From Lingula anatina (taxonomy: Eukaryota > Animalia > Brachiopoda), in the NCBI GenBank assembly GCA_051362555.1, contig CM120643.1, positions 15,784,644-15,848,643 on the forward strand: 64,000 nucleotides of DNA, written 5' to 3'. Each line of letters begins with the position of its first letter. Position 1 is the stretch's first letter. Under the pieces are notes generated by a model. It was given only the letters and a program-made list of their open reading frames with translations. It was not told where the DNA came from and made no database searches. Shown one piece after another: positions 28,101 through 40,300 of this stretch. Both the position numbers and the translations under genes were made by a program.

Positions 28101-29672
28101 GAATGTGTGTTAAATTAAGTTTCATCAATAATTACAGTCAGCATGTCATTGTATCATCTTGAAATTTGAACATGAATGCAAAATCTGAGAAAAGAACAAG
28201 CTGTTCTTGATAAGATTTGTGCTTCTTTGCCATTTGTCTAGGGGATTAACCTTAGTACCTAAATTTATCTGAGCATTCAGTGCCAGACTTTTTACCATTA
28301 AGTCATTGACAAGTTGTGTTCCTTTGCTAAGTAATAGATGTGAGTGCATCCATAAACAACTCTTGTCAGCTGAAATACACAACAAGCATCTCTGTTCTTA
28401 TCCATCAATCGACAGCTATGTGAGAAAGATGTCAAATAATACATGTGGTGTTTTTAACATTGAATTGGCTCTGGACTGACCATTCAAGTGACTATGGTCA
28501 GTTATAGAAATGTGGCCTATCATAACCATTGCAAAACAGGCCTAAATGTGAGTAAAATGCTTCAACAATTCTTGGGCAATAGGTAGTAAAGGGAAGGTGA
28601 AACCAGGTCAGAAGAATTTAGCTCTTATACTAAGTACCTGTGTACATGTTGAAGGCTGAAGGTCAAGCAGTCTGGAGGCTCTGTCACCTTCATGGTCACT
28701 GATTTGGTGCTGCTGGCTTTCTCATGCCAAAGTTACATGACATGTTCACATTGGCAATATTAAACCATAGTAAAATATATTATCTAGTACTTTGATTGAT
28801 ACAAAAGTTTATTTGTAAGATTTGATTTATTTTGGGTTTTTTTGCTGAGCAGTGGGAGTAGAATATTATGAGAATGTAGGGTATCATACTTTTAAAATAG
28901 ACATGATATTGTGACACATTTCAGAGGGAAGAGTTCTTGTGGATTTGAATAAAGTAAATCTGAAGAAATGGGCATGGCTCAAAAAGATAATAACAGTATT
29001 GTAGAAAGTAAAGTACTGGTATTGATATCCTGCAAGAAGGATTTCCACTTGACCCAGCTTCTGAAAAGCACATGGAATCATAACTGTATCCTCAGCACCG
29101 TTCCACCCTCCAGGTTCTGAAAGCCCCTTAATTAGGATTCCCACTGTCTGATTGGATGACTGGAATACCTCCTGGGTGGATTGCCTGTACTTAAAATGAC
29201 TGATAGAGGTGTGGTAATCTCGAGAGAGTAAATATATGGTCTAGGCGCCAAACTAGACAAGCTGATGCTTCTGAATTGGCCAGCTGGGAAATCCTCAGGA
29301 AGCAGATCAAAGTTGTTGTTTTTTTAATAGAAAAGTCTGATACAAAATCAATTCTATTACAATAAATGCTAACGTTGTGGCATTTTGTTTTATTTAGGTG
29401 TGAGTAGCACACTAATTGCAATCTAAAATAATGGAGTGAAGATGGGGAGCTCCTCTAGGTCTTTCAGCTAATAACATTTCTCAATAACTTATATGACTTT
29501 TTTCAGATTGAAAAGAAGGGGTTATGTTATTAGCCTAAAACGATTGCTTTCATTTACATTTCTTTTCTTTTTAAACAATATAGTTTAAATGCCTTAAACA
29601 AAGTTATTCAATGCAATGCTGTCTTTTCTGTTTGCAGGTGTTGTGTCCCCAGAAGCCAAGTTTTACTGCCAG

Positions 29673-29880
29673 TGTGTGAATTAGGAGAACATCCATATGT
29701 CAGTGACAGCAAAAAGGAAAAGCAAAGGAAAATCACTGCATATCCATAGAAGGAAAATGAAAGCACCAGTGAAACCAGATATGCAATGTGTGAATAAGGA
29801 GAACATTCATATGTCAATGACAGCAAAAAGAAAAAGCAAAGGAAAATCAGTGCATATCCACAGGAGGAAAATGAAAGCAC
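29673..29880 (+). repeat. Tandem duplication with 114-bp period (38 codons)
   Basis: Copies at 29673-29766 and 29787-29880 are highly similar. Confidence 0.9.
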
Positions 29881-29962
29881 AGGTTAATCATTTATGTGAC
29901 AAGTGAAATGTTAAAAAAACTTTCATGGTGTGTATCTTCATGGATGGGAAGTAAATCACCAA

Positions 29963-30207
29963 AGGTTCATTACCTTGAGTGGTATCAATGTTGCAAAAAT
30001 GAAAGTGAAACCTGATTTGAAAAGGATAGCCATGGAATACTTAAAAAAGGCAGCCACTTTTTGGATACATAATTAGAAAATGATCAGGTTCATTATCTTG
30101 AGCATTATCAAGGTTGCAAAACAAGAAAAGGAAACCAAATTTGAATAGGAGAGCCACAGAATACTTTAAACAGCAACCACTTTTTGGATACAAAATTGGA
30201 AGATGGT
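29963..30207 (+). repeat. Diverged tandem duplication with about 123-bp period
   Basis: aggttcatta(c/t)cttgag at 29963 and 30086; ccactttttggataca occurs in both copies. Confidence 0.85.
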
Positions 30208-32389
30208 ATATTAGAGAATCTCAAATTCTTCCAGGAGAAATTTGTGAAAAGGATACATAATGAGGAAGTTAAAGACCTGTTCTAAAAACGTGGATATATA
30301 CTGGCAACATGAGAGGAAAACATTTTCTGGTTATGTTATTATACCACATGAGCTGACTACCTTTCAACATGGGATACTTCTTTCTGATGAACCTTAGTTT
30401 GCAGGCTGAACTACAGTGGTTAGACTGTCTCAGACTTGTCTTGATTTGTATATGAATTACATGTGTAGCACATAGGATGATTGACTAAAATACCATCAGA
30501 ATGCCAGAAAAAATATTCTGCATAATGCATAACATTTGCTTAATTACAGAGGTTGCAAAGCCTGATGCAATTTGGTTGTTTTTACCTGGATATACCTAAG
30601 TATTTGTTTTTCCCTTGTTATTTGTTGTTTCCAGACAGTGCCAAGATAACTACTTGATCTTTGTTTCCATAACACAATGCAGCATAGTAGTAGCATGGAT
30701 AATCTAACAAGTCATATTGTTTTAAAGTATAGTTGGTCTTTCTCAACAACAGTAATTGAGTTCAATTGTCCAACAACAGTGTCAAGAACTTAGAAGTGAA
30801 AGGATGGCAGCAAAATGCCTTATCTTGTCAATGGCTTTAACTGGACTTGGGGAATTTGAAAGCACAATATGCCATATTCCAGGTTAACCACACACATTTG
30901 GTACCTTCCACAGCTTTTCGGAGGTGCTGTCCCCTTTGCACAACAGAAACAGTCTTTGAAATGCACATACTTGATCATGGAGCTGTACTCGTCACTACCC
31001 TCACTATAACATACCAGATTTGAAGAATCATCACACAAATGGCTGACACATCACAGGCAGCCACTGATGTAGCTATCCAGAAATGCCTCTTGTCCATGTC
31101 CTTTCTGTTACATGTGGGACTGCTTGGAAATCTTAAAATAATGTGAGACATTAGCCCCTTACATAATGTCCACTGCCTATATCTTTTGTTGGAGACCTGC
31201 CAAAGAAAATGGTGATTGCTGGACCCTGCTGAACAGTGCTGGACACTGGCCTCAAAGGTCATTTCCCAGTGAATTTTTACAAAAAGTTACAATGTTTGTC
31301 ATTGGCCTTTGGAGATGTCCAGGTTCTGTGGGCAGTTCAACAGTTTTACCAGGAAAGGCCTTTCTGACCCTTTCATTGGTCAGTGTCCACTCTGGCTTAA
31401 TTGGCAAAAGATTGTCTCAAGGGTTGCCACACCCAGGAACTTTGTGCGGTGTCATGTTGACTCTGTCGTCCTTTACACTGGCTACAGTATGTCATATTTA
31501 TTTGTTTCTGAGCCAGATGTCATGTTTTCTAGTATGCCACTTGTTTTTTCACGACTGTGACACTGTTTGTGTGTCATGACAAGTCCATATGACACTTTCC
31601 ATAGCATGCCATATACTGCATCATTTGCTTCTGAACATTGTCAAAGTATGGCCATTGACACATTGCTGTTGTCATACAGTGACATCTGCCCATGCATCAC
31701 TTTCTGTAGCATGTCATATATACTGTCATTTGTCACTCTACATCACGCATAGGTGTATGCACCCCTGGAAGTAGAGAAGAATGTCTTTAGAACATGTGAA
31801 ATCATTTATTAACAAAAAACAGTTGAGAAAACAATCTCTAGCTGGCCTTTGAACTGGCAGTGTCTACATTGGATGATATTAGTTAGATGAAAAAGCACAA
31901 TCAGCCAAACTATAAAGGTGGAGATCTGTTTCCTCAAATTAAATGTGACACCATAAATATTTCTGGCTGGTATATCATGAATTAAATTATGACACGATAG
32001 CTGTGGCAGTCTGTATGAGGCTTGTATACTGTTGAAATCCTTTAAGCTAGCTGTTTAATGAAAACCTGTGCACAGGGACAGGATGTTTTTAGACAGATTG
32101 CAAAGAGCAAAAGTTCAAGATAATCATTCACCAACTGCTGTGGCTGGCATCTTATTAGAATCTGATCTACATCTCAATTACCTCATATCTATCTTGTAAA
32201 TGTCCTTAATCCTTATTCATTCATTAATCTTATATGAGTGTGTTTATTGTGATTTCCTGTCAACTCTTAACATTTCTTTGAAATTTTTATTTATTTTTTG
32301 AAATATTTACAAAGTGGTACTTTTATTTATCTTAAAATATCTTTAAATTTGTGTTTTGTCAGTTTTGACTTATTTAATTTATAATATCA

Positions 32390-32395
32390 AATAAA
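32390..32395 (+). terminator. Candidate plus-strand poly(A) signal at the end of the CpG-depleted domain
   Basis: AATAAA preceded by a U-rich tract and followed about 15 nt later by GU-rich ttgtttatgttgtcttt. It lies about 300 nt before CpG frequency recovers. Confidence 0.35.
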
Positions 32396-34264
32396 AGTAA
32401 AGTTGCTATTGTTTATGTTGTCTTTAAGGAACTTTTCACTTTCTGAAATGTAAGCCCAAATATAAAGGAGGTGCATGCAGACGCATACTAGTATGTTTTA
32501 ACATTTATGACACCAGCTGGCAGTTTAGGATTCTAAATCCAAATTTGGGAACTCATAAAAAAACTTTCAATCATTTCAAGTATACCCATGTGCAGAACAT
32601 GAATGGGAAAATGTTTGAACTGTCAACATGATGGAACACCTCTTTAGTGTTAAATTCTCCATAATTTGACTAACTGTAAACTTGAGAAGGTTGCAGGGAC
32701 CATCGTGGTTTGGGGAGCACTTTACTATAAAGTACCTCCGCTAGAGCGGTATATTTATTCCTCCTTTTATATTTGAGACTTGAAATAAGTTAAGTGTCTC
32801 TTCCCTTCAATAATACGTTTAGCAGTGGAGGAATTTCAGGCCATGAAGGCACCCCGTTGATCACCTGCGACCTACTAACCTAGTTATGATAACCTTGACC
32901 CGTGAGCATCAGCGCGCCATGGGTCGTCTGCCCATAAAAACTTTCATTTCCAGCTGTGCCACGTTGTGCGCGTTTTTTCCCCTAAGAATTATTCACTTTT
33001 CATGTTTTTGTTTTTGAAACGTGGTAATTTTGGTACCTGAACAATACTAAGTGACGAATTTAAAAACTTTGGTGAACCTGTTTGAAAGACGAAAGAGACA
33101 CCCATATTTGCTTAAAATAAATCATTGAGTCGCATTGTACGTTTTTCTTTACTTTTGGTTTTTAAGACATACGTGTTTTGAATGCTATTAAATGTCCATT
33201 CTAGTATGGAGTATAGGTATGGTGTCTGCTGCAACGACACGTCCTGCTCCAAATTAATAGGTCTACATAAGTATCAGACGCTGTAAATGAATTGTAGGTT
33301 GGCATTATCATTTATGACCTAAGGCCCATACTTATGGATAGAAATATGTTTGTTATTTTAATAAATTCCGCCACTGATTATTCCAGTAGTATTCCCTGCG
33401 AAAGCGTATTCTAGTTTGTATTAAAAAGCACGACAGTCTATATGAATCGCGCCCACAGCAAAATGGCCTGGTATTTAGACGTTCACATACCCCATTTATC
33501 AACATACAATGCATTTCTATTTAAAATATAAGGAACAAAATGACGCCCAACCACCGCATATAGTTTTTTTTTACACTGAACTGTCTAAATAATTTAAAAA
33601 CTGAAAACTGCACAACATGCACACATAATGAGGCCTTCGTCTTGCAGATTGTTAATTTTATCAAATATGAAATTAACTAATTTGAAGATTTTTTTTATTG
33701 GTAAAATGTTGAATTTAAATATGTATAATTGAAGAAATAAGAAAGGTGTGCACACCACTTACTTATTTTAGTTGCTTCCAATATGTCCATCTCTCATAAC
33801 GTTTTGTCCAGACTCTGTCCAGCAGAAAAGAGACCTGAAGAGATTTTGAAGTCTGTTATGAAAACACGGTGAATTTCATTGATAAAACGAGTCACTGCAC
33901 AGAAGCTTCCATAGTTTAACTTTTTATACATGCACCTTGCGAACAAAATAATTTTTAAAAGACATTTAACAATAGGGCTTACATTACCCCTGTAGAATAT
34001 GTAGTACACAAAAACGCTTATGGAAAAGCAACGCTTTAGTTAACTTTCGGTGTCTATTCTTTCACATTCACTTGGACAGTGGCAAATAATCTTTGGTTTG
34101 CAACTCATTCAAACAGATGTGAGATGTTGTTTTCAGCAGTTTTACAGAATAATAGGTTTTAAGAAGCAATTTACTATTTTTTTTTCGGTGGGTGGGTTGG
34201 GTATTGGCTTCAGCAAAATTCACTAGAGGCTAAGAGTCCAAATATCGTTTTCAACAAACATAAT

Positions 34265-34385
34265 AAACATTTGAACATTATTGAAAAGACACTATTTCTT
34301 TGTTATGTTAAATATAAAGAAAAATAATTATTGAAAACATATGAACATTATTGAAAAGACACTATTTCTTTGTTATGTTTAATAT
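34265..34385. repeat. About 51-bp direct repeat with 70-bp period
   Basis: tgaacattattgaaaagacactatttctttgttatgtt occurs twice. Confidence 0.9.
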
Positions 34386-35699
34386 CAGCCGAACCATCAC
34401 TGATAGTCATAAGAATAAAAAAAGAGACCTGAAATGTTGTCAAATATGCATATTCACATTTTATAGACGTCAATGACCAGCGTGTGATCTACTTAGATTG
34501 CGTTGTCCTATGTGAAAAAAGTGAGATCAACGGGCGTTATTAACTAACAGCTGACAGTAATTATGGCACCTTTTCCCTCCTGTCTGCAGAATCGGTATGC
34601 TATAAAAAAAGCTTTTTTATGATAGCTCCTATAAACTTTTACGATTAAAGCCAGATTGCCTGGTGATGTCCGGAAGACACGACCCATGGTTAATCTTCTC
34701 ATTTCTGCCCTGCTTTTTTTTCTATATTGCATGCTACATAGAACACCAGTCCTTCGGTTTTATATATCAAACAGTCCTTAATACGTTTCGGTTGATTCCC
34801 TTCAATCTAGTATGTAAAGTATCTACATATCTTAACACGCCAACTACGACCTTAGATGTAAGTAGGAGAAGGTTGCACATATATATTTTTCACGTGGTAA
34901 GGGAGAATGACTACAACTTTCCAAGAATATATAAGTACATATTTCTTGTAGTTCGTTATCAATCAGTAGAAAACATGTCTATTTTGTTTATTGCGCGACT
35001 TAAGTGGCGAAAACTAATGTAAGTAGAGTCCATGAACCGGTATGTGTTTTCCGTGGCCACGGAAAATGACAGCTGGGCAATTGAGACATAAACAAAATTT
35101 GTAATTTGTTTTCAGTGTCAAAGGCCTACTCTGCCTTAACTTTTTATCTAAACAAAAAGCTTTAAACTAAACCAGCTAAACTCGACTGAAATACAAGAGC
35201 GCATCACGCGGCACTACAGCAAAATCGTTTTCAACTTTTGGTAAAAATGATTAATCAATAATTGAGATAAATGATTGAAGGTCTTTCATGTCCACATGAT
35301 CGTCGGTAGAAAAGTAAATAAAACGTGACCAGAGTCTCCACACTCTGTCACATTACATTTAAAGTTCTGAAACAACTATATTTTTCGTTAATAAATATTC
35401 TTATCCAATCTAGTCAGATCTTAAATCATTTACCAACAAAAGGTAGTCCTTTCGAAGCAAATTGATACAATTAAGAGGAAGAAAAATCAGCGCTATAAGT
35501 AATCAATGGTATATCTCCTGTGACCACATACACAAAATATTGTAGCCTAAATTTAAAGTGTTAAAACGTAGTCATAAATTCAAGGAACAGGAAAGTGCCA
35601 ACAGCTTTTTGACACGAACTCCAAAGCGTGTCCAGTATAAATGTTTACTACGTACATTAACTTCTCTATTGTGGCCAAAACAGTGAATCACATATAGTC

Positions 35700-35705
35700 T
35701 TTATT
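35700..35705 (-). terminator. Candidate polyadenylation signal (AATAAA) of the Irx mRNA
   Basis: AATAAA on the minus strand about 700 nt after the stop, followed by GU-rich sequence (tatgtggattcactgttttgg). Other AATAAA hexamers lie nearer the stop. Confidence 0.35.
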
Positions 35706-36328
35706 TATTAACGTGACATGTGAATATATAAGTACATATATCACCCGCCCTCATGGGCCTACACGTTACCGAAATTTGTACATTTATCAAAAAACATCAG
35801 GTTAAATTTATAATTTATAAACAAACATAAGTAGACTTATATTTACTATACATAAAAAATCGACTGGTTGTATCTTTCGGGGTATGCATTTAAATAGGAG
35901 AGGCCGACAATCAATGTAGGGTAAAAGAAACACAGAGATAGATAGTGGTGTCTCTATAATCTGGGCAATCAGTGACGTAAGCATGGTTGATTTTCATGTT
36001 ATAGCGGTCCTGAGAATGGTTTCAAACATATCTTTATCGAAAATTGGTCTAAACTTTTAAACAAACAAAAAATTGCTCCACTGCATTTCAAGATATATTT
36101 GCAGGGGTCCACTTGAATAAAATATTGGTTTGAAACATAAGTCATATCTTTCTGTTTATTTGTTTGTTTGCTTGTTTAAAAACACAGTTGCACTATTCCA
36201 TTTATTGCCGATTTATCGTCAATTTAGAGTCAAAGAAAACTACAACTTCGGTCTAAAAGAAGACCTTTCTGTGTAAAGTTTTTTATGTGAAACAAATTCC
36301 TGACTATTGGCAGCTATTGGCAGATTTG

Positions 36329-36404
36329 GTAAATTATCAGTTACTTTGACGAACCTTTAATTTGCGTAAATTATCAGTTACTTTGACGAACCTTTAATTT
36401 GCGT
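36329..36404. repeat. Perfect 37-bp tandem duplication directly after the Irx stop codons
   Basis: gtaaattatcagttactttgacgaacctttaatttgc occurs twice in tandem. Confidence 0.95.
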
Positions 36405-36407
36405 CTA

Positions 36408-37357
36408 CTAACCTTGTACATTGTGCATTGCATTCCCATAGCTTTTCAGTAGCCCGTCATGCATCGTACTCTGAGCAGAGGGGGAGATCACTTTGGGGGA
36501 CCCTAGGGGTGGAGATTTCATACCCACGGGATACGGAGAATACCCTGCAGTGTGGTGGTATCCCGCCATTTTATTGGAGCGTCTATCAGGTGTCCCCATA
36601 TTATGCAGTGCACTGGAACCGTCCATTGAAGTGCTAAAACTACCGTCGTACTTTGGTAAAGGTGGCGGTGAGTCGTATTTTGTAGCAAGAGAGTCATATT
36701 TTGGAACATCGTACATGCCCTGCTGTTGTTGATGTTGGTTTTGTTGATGCTGTTGCTGTTGTTGTTGTGTATTGTAGACCTGTGCAGGGGGAGGGTTCTG
36801 TTGCTGGGAGTGAGAGGCGGCAAGCGTCTGGTGGTAGCCGGAGGAGCTGCTAGTGGACACCGAGGTTGAATTATAATAACCGTTGTTTGCATAGCCCCAG
36901 TCAGGATTAGCCAAAGGGTCGGGGAAACTCTGTCCCGGTTTGGAAATTACTCTAAAAGACGGTTGCACGCTGTGCTGTTGTTGCTGCTGCTGTAAACCAT
37001 TGGCAGTGGTGTCCGCTGGTTTCGTGTGTAACGGCGGCGGAGAGAAGCTGTTCGTCGCAGTACTCACTATGGACCAAATTTTCTTATCCTGTGAGGGATC
37101 CAAACTGAATTTCCCTCCTGTCACATCGTCGTTAGTTGGATCGTCGAAGGCAGTTGGCTTCTGATCCAGCGCCACTGGAGTCGCCGCGGGGAACGAGGAG
37201 GTGAGGGCGGCCGCCGCCTGCGGTAGCGTCGTCGGAGAGGTTTGATGAGAGGAGAGAGGCGCGTCCAGAGTGTGAAGAAGACTGGTATTACTTGAATTAC
37301 TGCAGGGGGACTCGGCGTCTCCGTTGCTTTCGTGGTCCAGATTCTGCGTTGATGAAC
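36408..37357 (-). CDS. Irx: Irx coding exon 4: Ser/Pro/Gln-rich C-terminus with degenerate IRO box (DKKIWSIVSTAT, 37053-37088)
   Basis: Acceptor catcttataccag|GT is phase-compatible with exon 3. The 950-nt frame is open to a TAG TAG double stop. KIWS...TAT matches the IRO-box consensus KPKIWSLAETAT. Confidence 0.92.
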
Positions 37358-40300
37358 CTGGTATAAGATGGCAACAGATAATCGTGTTATAAATTATACC
37401 TGAACTAATAAAAAACAAATAATCCTTTATTAATGTGTCCAAAATAGAGAACGCAAATATTCTTTGTTTTTGCCTTAAACAAAAAAATTGAAAAAAAAAA
37501 GACATAATGTACCTTGAAAATGTTAAAAATGTGTATAACATTAAATTTTAAAGTTGGGATTTAAATGCAATTTTTAATATACCTAATGAAATTGGTGCAC
37601 ATTAAAGAAGATGACACTGGGAAATTGAGATAAAAGGACCAACTTCTTTTGAAATAACTTTGTAGCAAAAAAACTTAAGATGGTTTTAATATTGGCTTCA
37701 TTGTTAAGTTTTGCTTAAATTAGTAAAAGTCTCTAAATCTGGGAAGGTCTTATCTAACATGGTAATTGCACTCCGAAGAAGATGAAGATTTGTTACATCC
37801 CAATGTGTTACATCCTAGTCTGTCACACATGCGTGTGAGCAAAGAGGACATGGCCAGAGGTATTTTTTTCGTTTGCTTGTTTCAGAATTCTACTGCATAA
37901 ATATATTACGCAAACAGATCAGCATTTAACAATAATACAAAATTATTCATCAAACAAGATTTTTAGTATTTTATGTGGAACTAGATAAATTTCTGGGAGC
38001 TGTTTTGTCGTCCATTTACATTCAAGGAACCATATGCAGGCATATCTTCTAATTCTCTACCCAAAGTCTGATTGAATCAGTTTATCAAACGTGCTCGTTC
38101 TTCTGACTCATATATAATGCCAATTCACGGAAAAACTTTAAAAAGAATATGAAAATCAGCCATCGATCAGTTAGTGACATGATTGCTTTAAGCTGTATGG
38201 TGTATCCCGCAGGCCGTGTGTTCTGTCCCCTGGGCCCGACACCCGGGGAGTGGACACGTGGGGCAATGGTTGAACTTGTTATGACAATCGAATTTAAAGT
38301 AACCCATAAGGATGCACAGCTCATTATTCCCCTACCAAGTAACTGAGTTGAAGCAGCGAACAAAAGATTACCTTTAATGGTATATCTGGTGACAAAGAAA
38401 GAAAAAACTTTAAAATTCATTTTATAGTGCTCATGGAATGACAAATACAACGTGTTGCTTTTACTGATGTAATATTGGGTTATAAACAATGACGTTTTTC
38501 TTTGACAGATTTTGGTAGTGATATACAAACGTAGAAAATTTGATTGTTTTGACTGGTGTTGTTCATGTCGCTTTATGGGCAAAATTTTTGGCAAACCATT
38601 TAGAGAAACCAATTTGAATCAGAGGACACAGTCTTCAGTTACTGTCTTGCAAAGTTTAGGTAAAATGCCTCGAGCTCTCTTTCGACGTTGAATTGCCAAT
38701 TGGGAGCAAAGTTCACGAAAGACAGCATTTCTCTGAAAAAATCTTTAATTACTACTTTAGTGAAAGCCAGATTTGACTTGTTCTAAGTCGAGATATATAA
38801 TTGGCAAGGCTGGCCGGTTATACCAACAGACGGGTCACGTAGTGTACTCTCTTAACAAACATGTCTGACATTCTCGCCGACTGAGAAAACACGCACTGGT
38901 CAAAATATAAGGCTTAACCAAATAGCCCACGGCAAAACGAAAGGCTATACTGGAAAACAGAAACTGGTAATGCCGTGACTGGGTAACAGATCGGCCAGAA
39001 ACCTGGAGTGATGTTAGACGCCTTTAAACCCGATGGGAACCAAACAGACTGACCACAATCAACTTGGCAACCTTTAATAAGTGAGATCAGTGCCCTTGTT
39101 ACGTTTTTATAACTAGATAAAGCAAGACACTTTCTATTCTTTAAGTATAATGATTTCTAATTTTACTTTAGAGTGGCTCGGCTAAAACTTATTGCCATCT
39201 CAGAAAACAAAAAATAACGATCAGAAAGTAATTACCAATAATAACAACTTCAACCCGACGAACTTTTAAACCAGGATGGAACTGTAATCGCCTTTTTCTT
39301 TAACCACACGTTTGCATGCTCAGGCTTACATAGATTGTTAACCTAGTACGCGAATTATTGCTTTGGAATGTAATGAGTTCCAAAAAAGACAACGAGACTA
39401 CTTACGGGCAAGTGCTTTACAGGACTCACATGTTTGTGTTTTTAAACCTATGATGAACATATGTTTTGCGGGAATTATACAAATATAAACCTCATGCTTG
39501 TAGATTTCCTCTTGTTTCCTTCTCAAAAGGTTGCTCCAGATCAATGGTCAGTAAAACCAACTGCCGTTGTTTAACCCAACGCCCCTTCGGTGAACTGTCA
39601 TTAACCAACCTAAATTTGGCCGTCAATAAATATTTCGAAAATAAACGGAAAAAACCTGCAATTTTTAGGACCAAAAACTATTGTTGTCCTTCAACGTAAA
39701 ATGTACAAAACCAATGACTTATATCACAACTTAATCATGCCAATAAAGAATCTGTCAATAAAAAAAAAAACGAAAAAAACTGAAACGTTGAAGTGTTCTA
39801 TTTGCAAAGAATTTCCCAAATGTTCCTGATGAAAATTATCACCAACCGATGTTTCGGATTTTCTCTCATTAATTACGCCCCTCGTTCACAGCTGACCCCG
39901 AGGCGCGTACTGTTTACTGTGACTTCGCCGAAGAGCCTACGGCTACGAATGCCCGAGGTCAGAGACCATTTTAATCAAGTCCACTTATGAGACGCTGACC
40001 CTCACATGTGAGAATTCTTATTTTTCGGTAACTCTTTCAGAAAATACCACACTTCCAACAGCGGTGGAATCTGCTGCCAATCAGAGTGACGAGAAACACC
40101 AACAACATACGAGGTTCAATAACAACACATTTGTAATTGTTGCTGCCTCCGATACTCTAGAATGCACACCTTAGATAACTCGTGTACTGAAAAACCCTGG
40201 TACAACAAGCCCTAATTTGGTAATACCGATGTTCTAACAAGTATTATACAAATCATTTGCGCAATGAACAAGAAGAATACTCTTTATTGCGGTATGGGGC

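Noticed and set aside
1-32600. Sowah (ankyrin-repeat neighbour of Irx clusters) as the left-hand gene
   Set aside because: I found no ankyrin exon (LHWAAKHG or TPLHLA type) by eye, and this side is 3' of Irx, so the assignment cannot be supported.
36428-37164. Plus-strand and alternate-frame ORFs over Irx exon 4 (likewise 41630-42081 and 51427-51673)
   Set aside because: Shadow ORFs of GC-richer Irx exons.
37358-37541. N-terminal 61 residues of the 377-aa ORF (MLYTFLTF...)
   Set aside because: AT-rich intron read-through upstream of the acceptor at 37358.
38085-38612. 175-aa intronic ORF on the minus strand
   Set aside because: No recognisable domain, a non-ATG start, intron-like composition, and it is not needed for Irx phase continuity.
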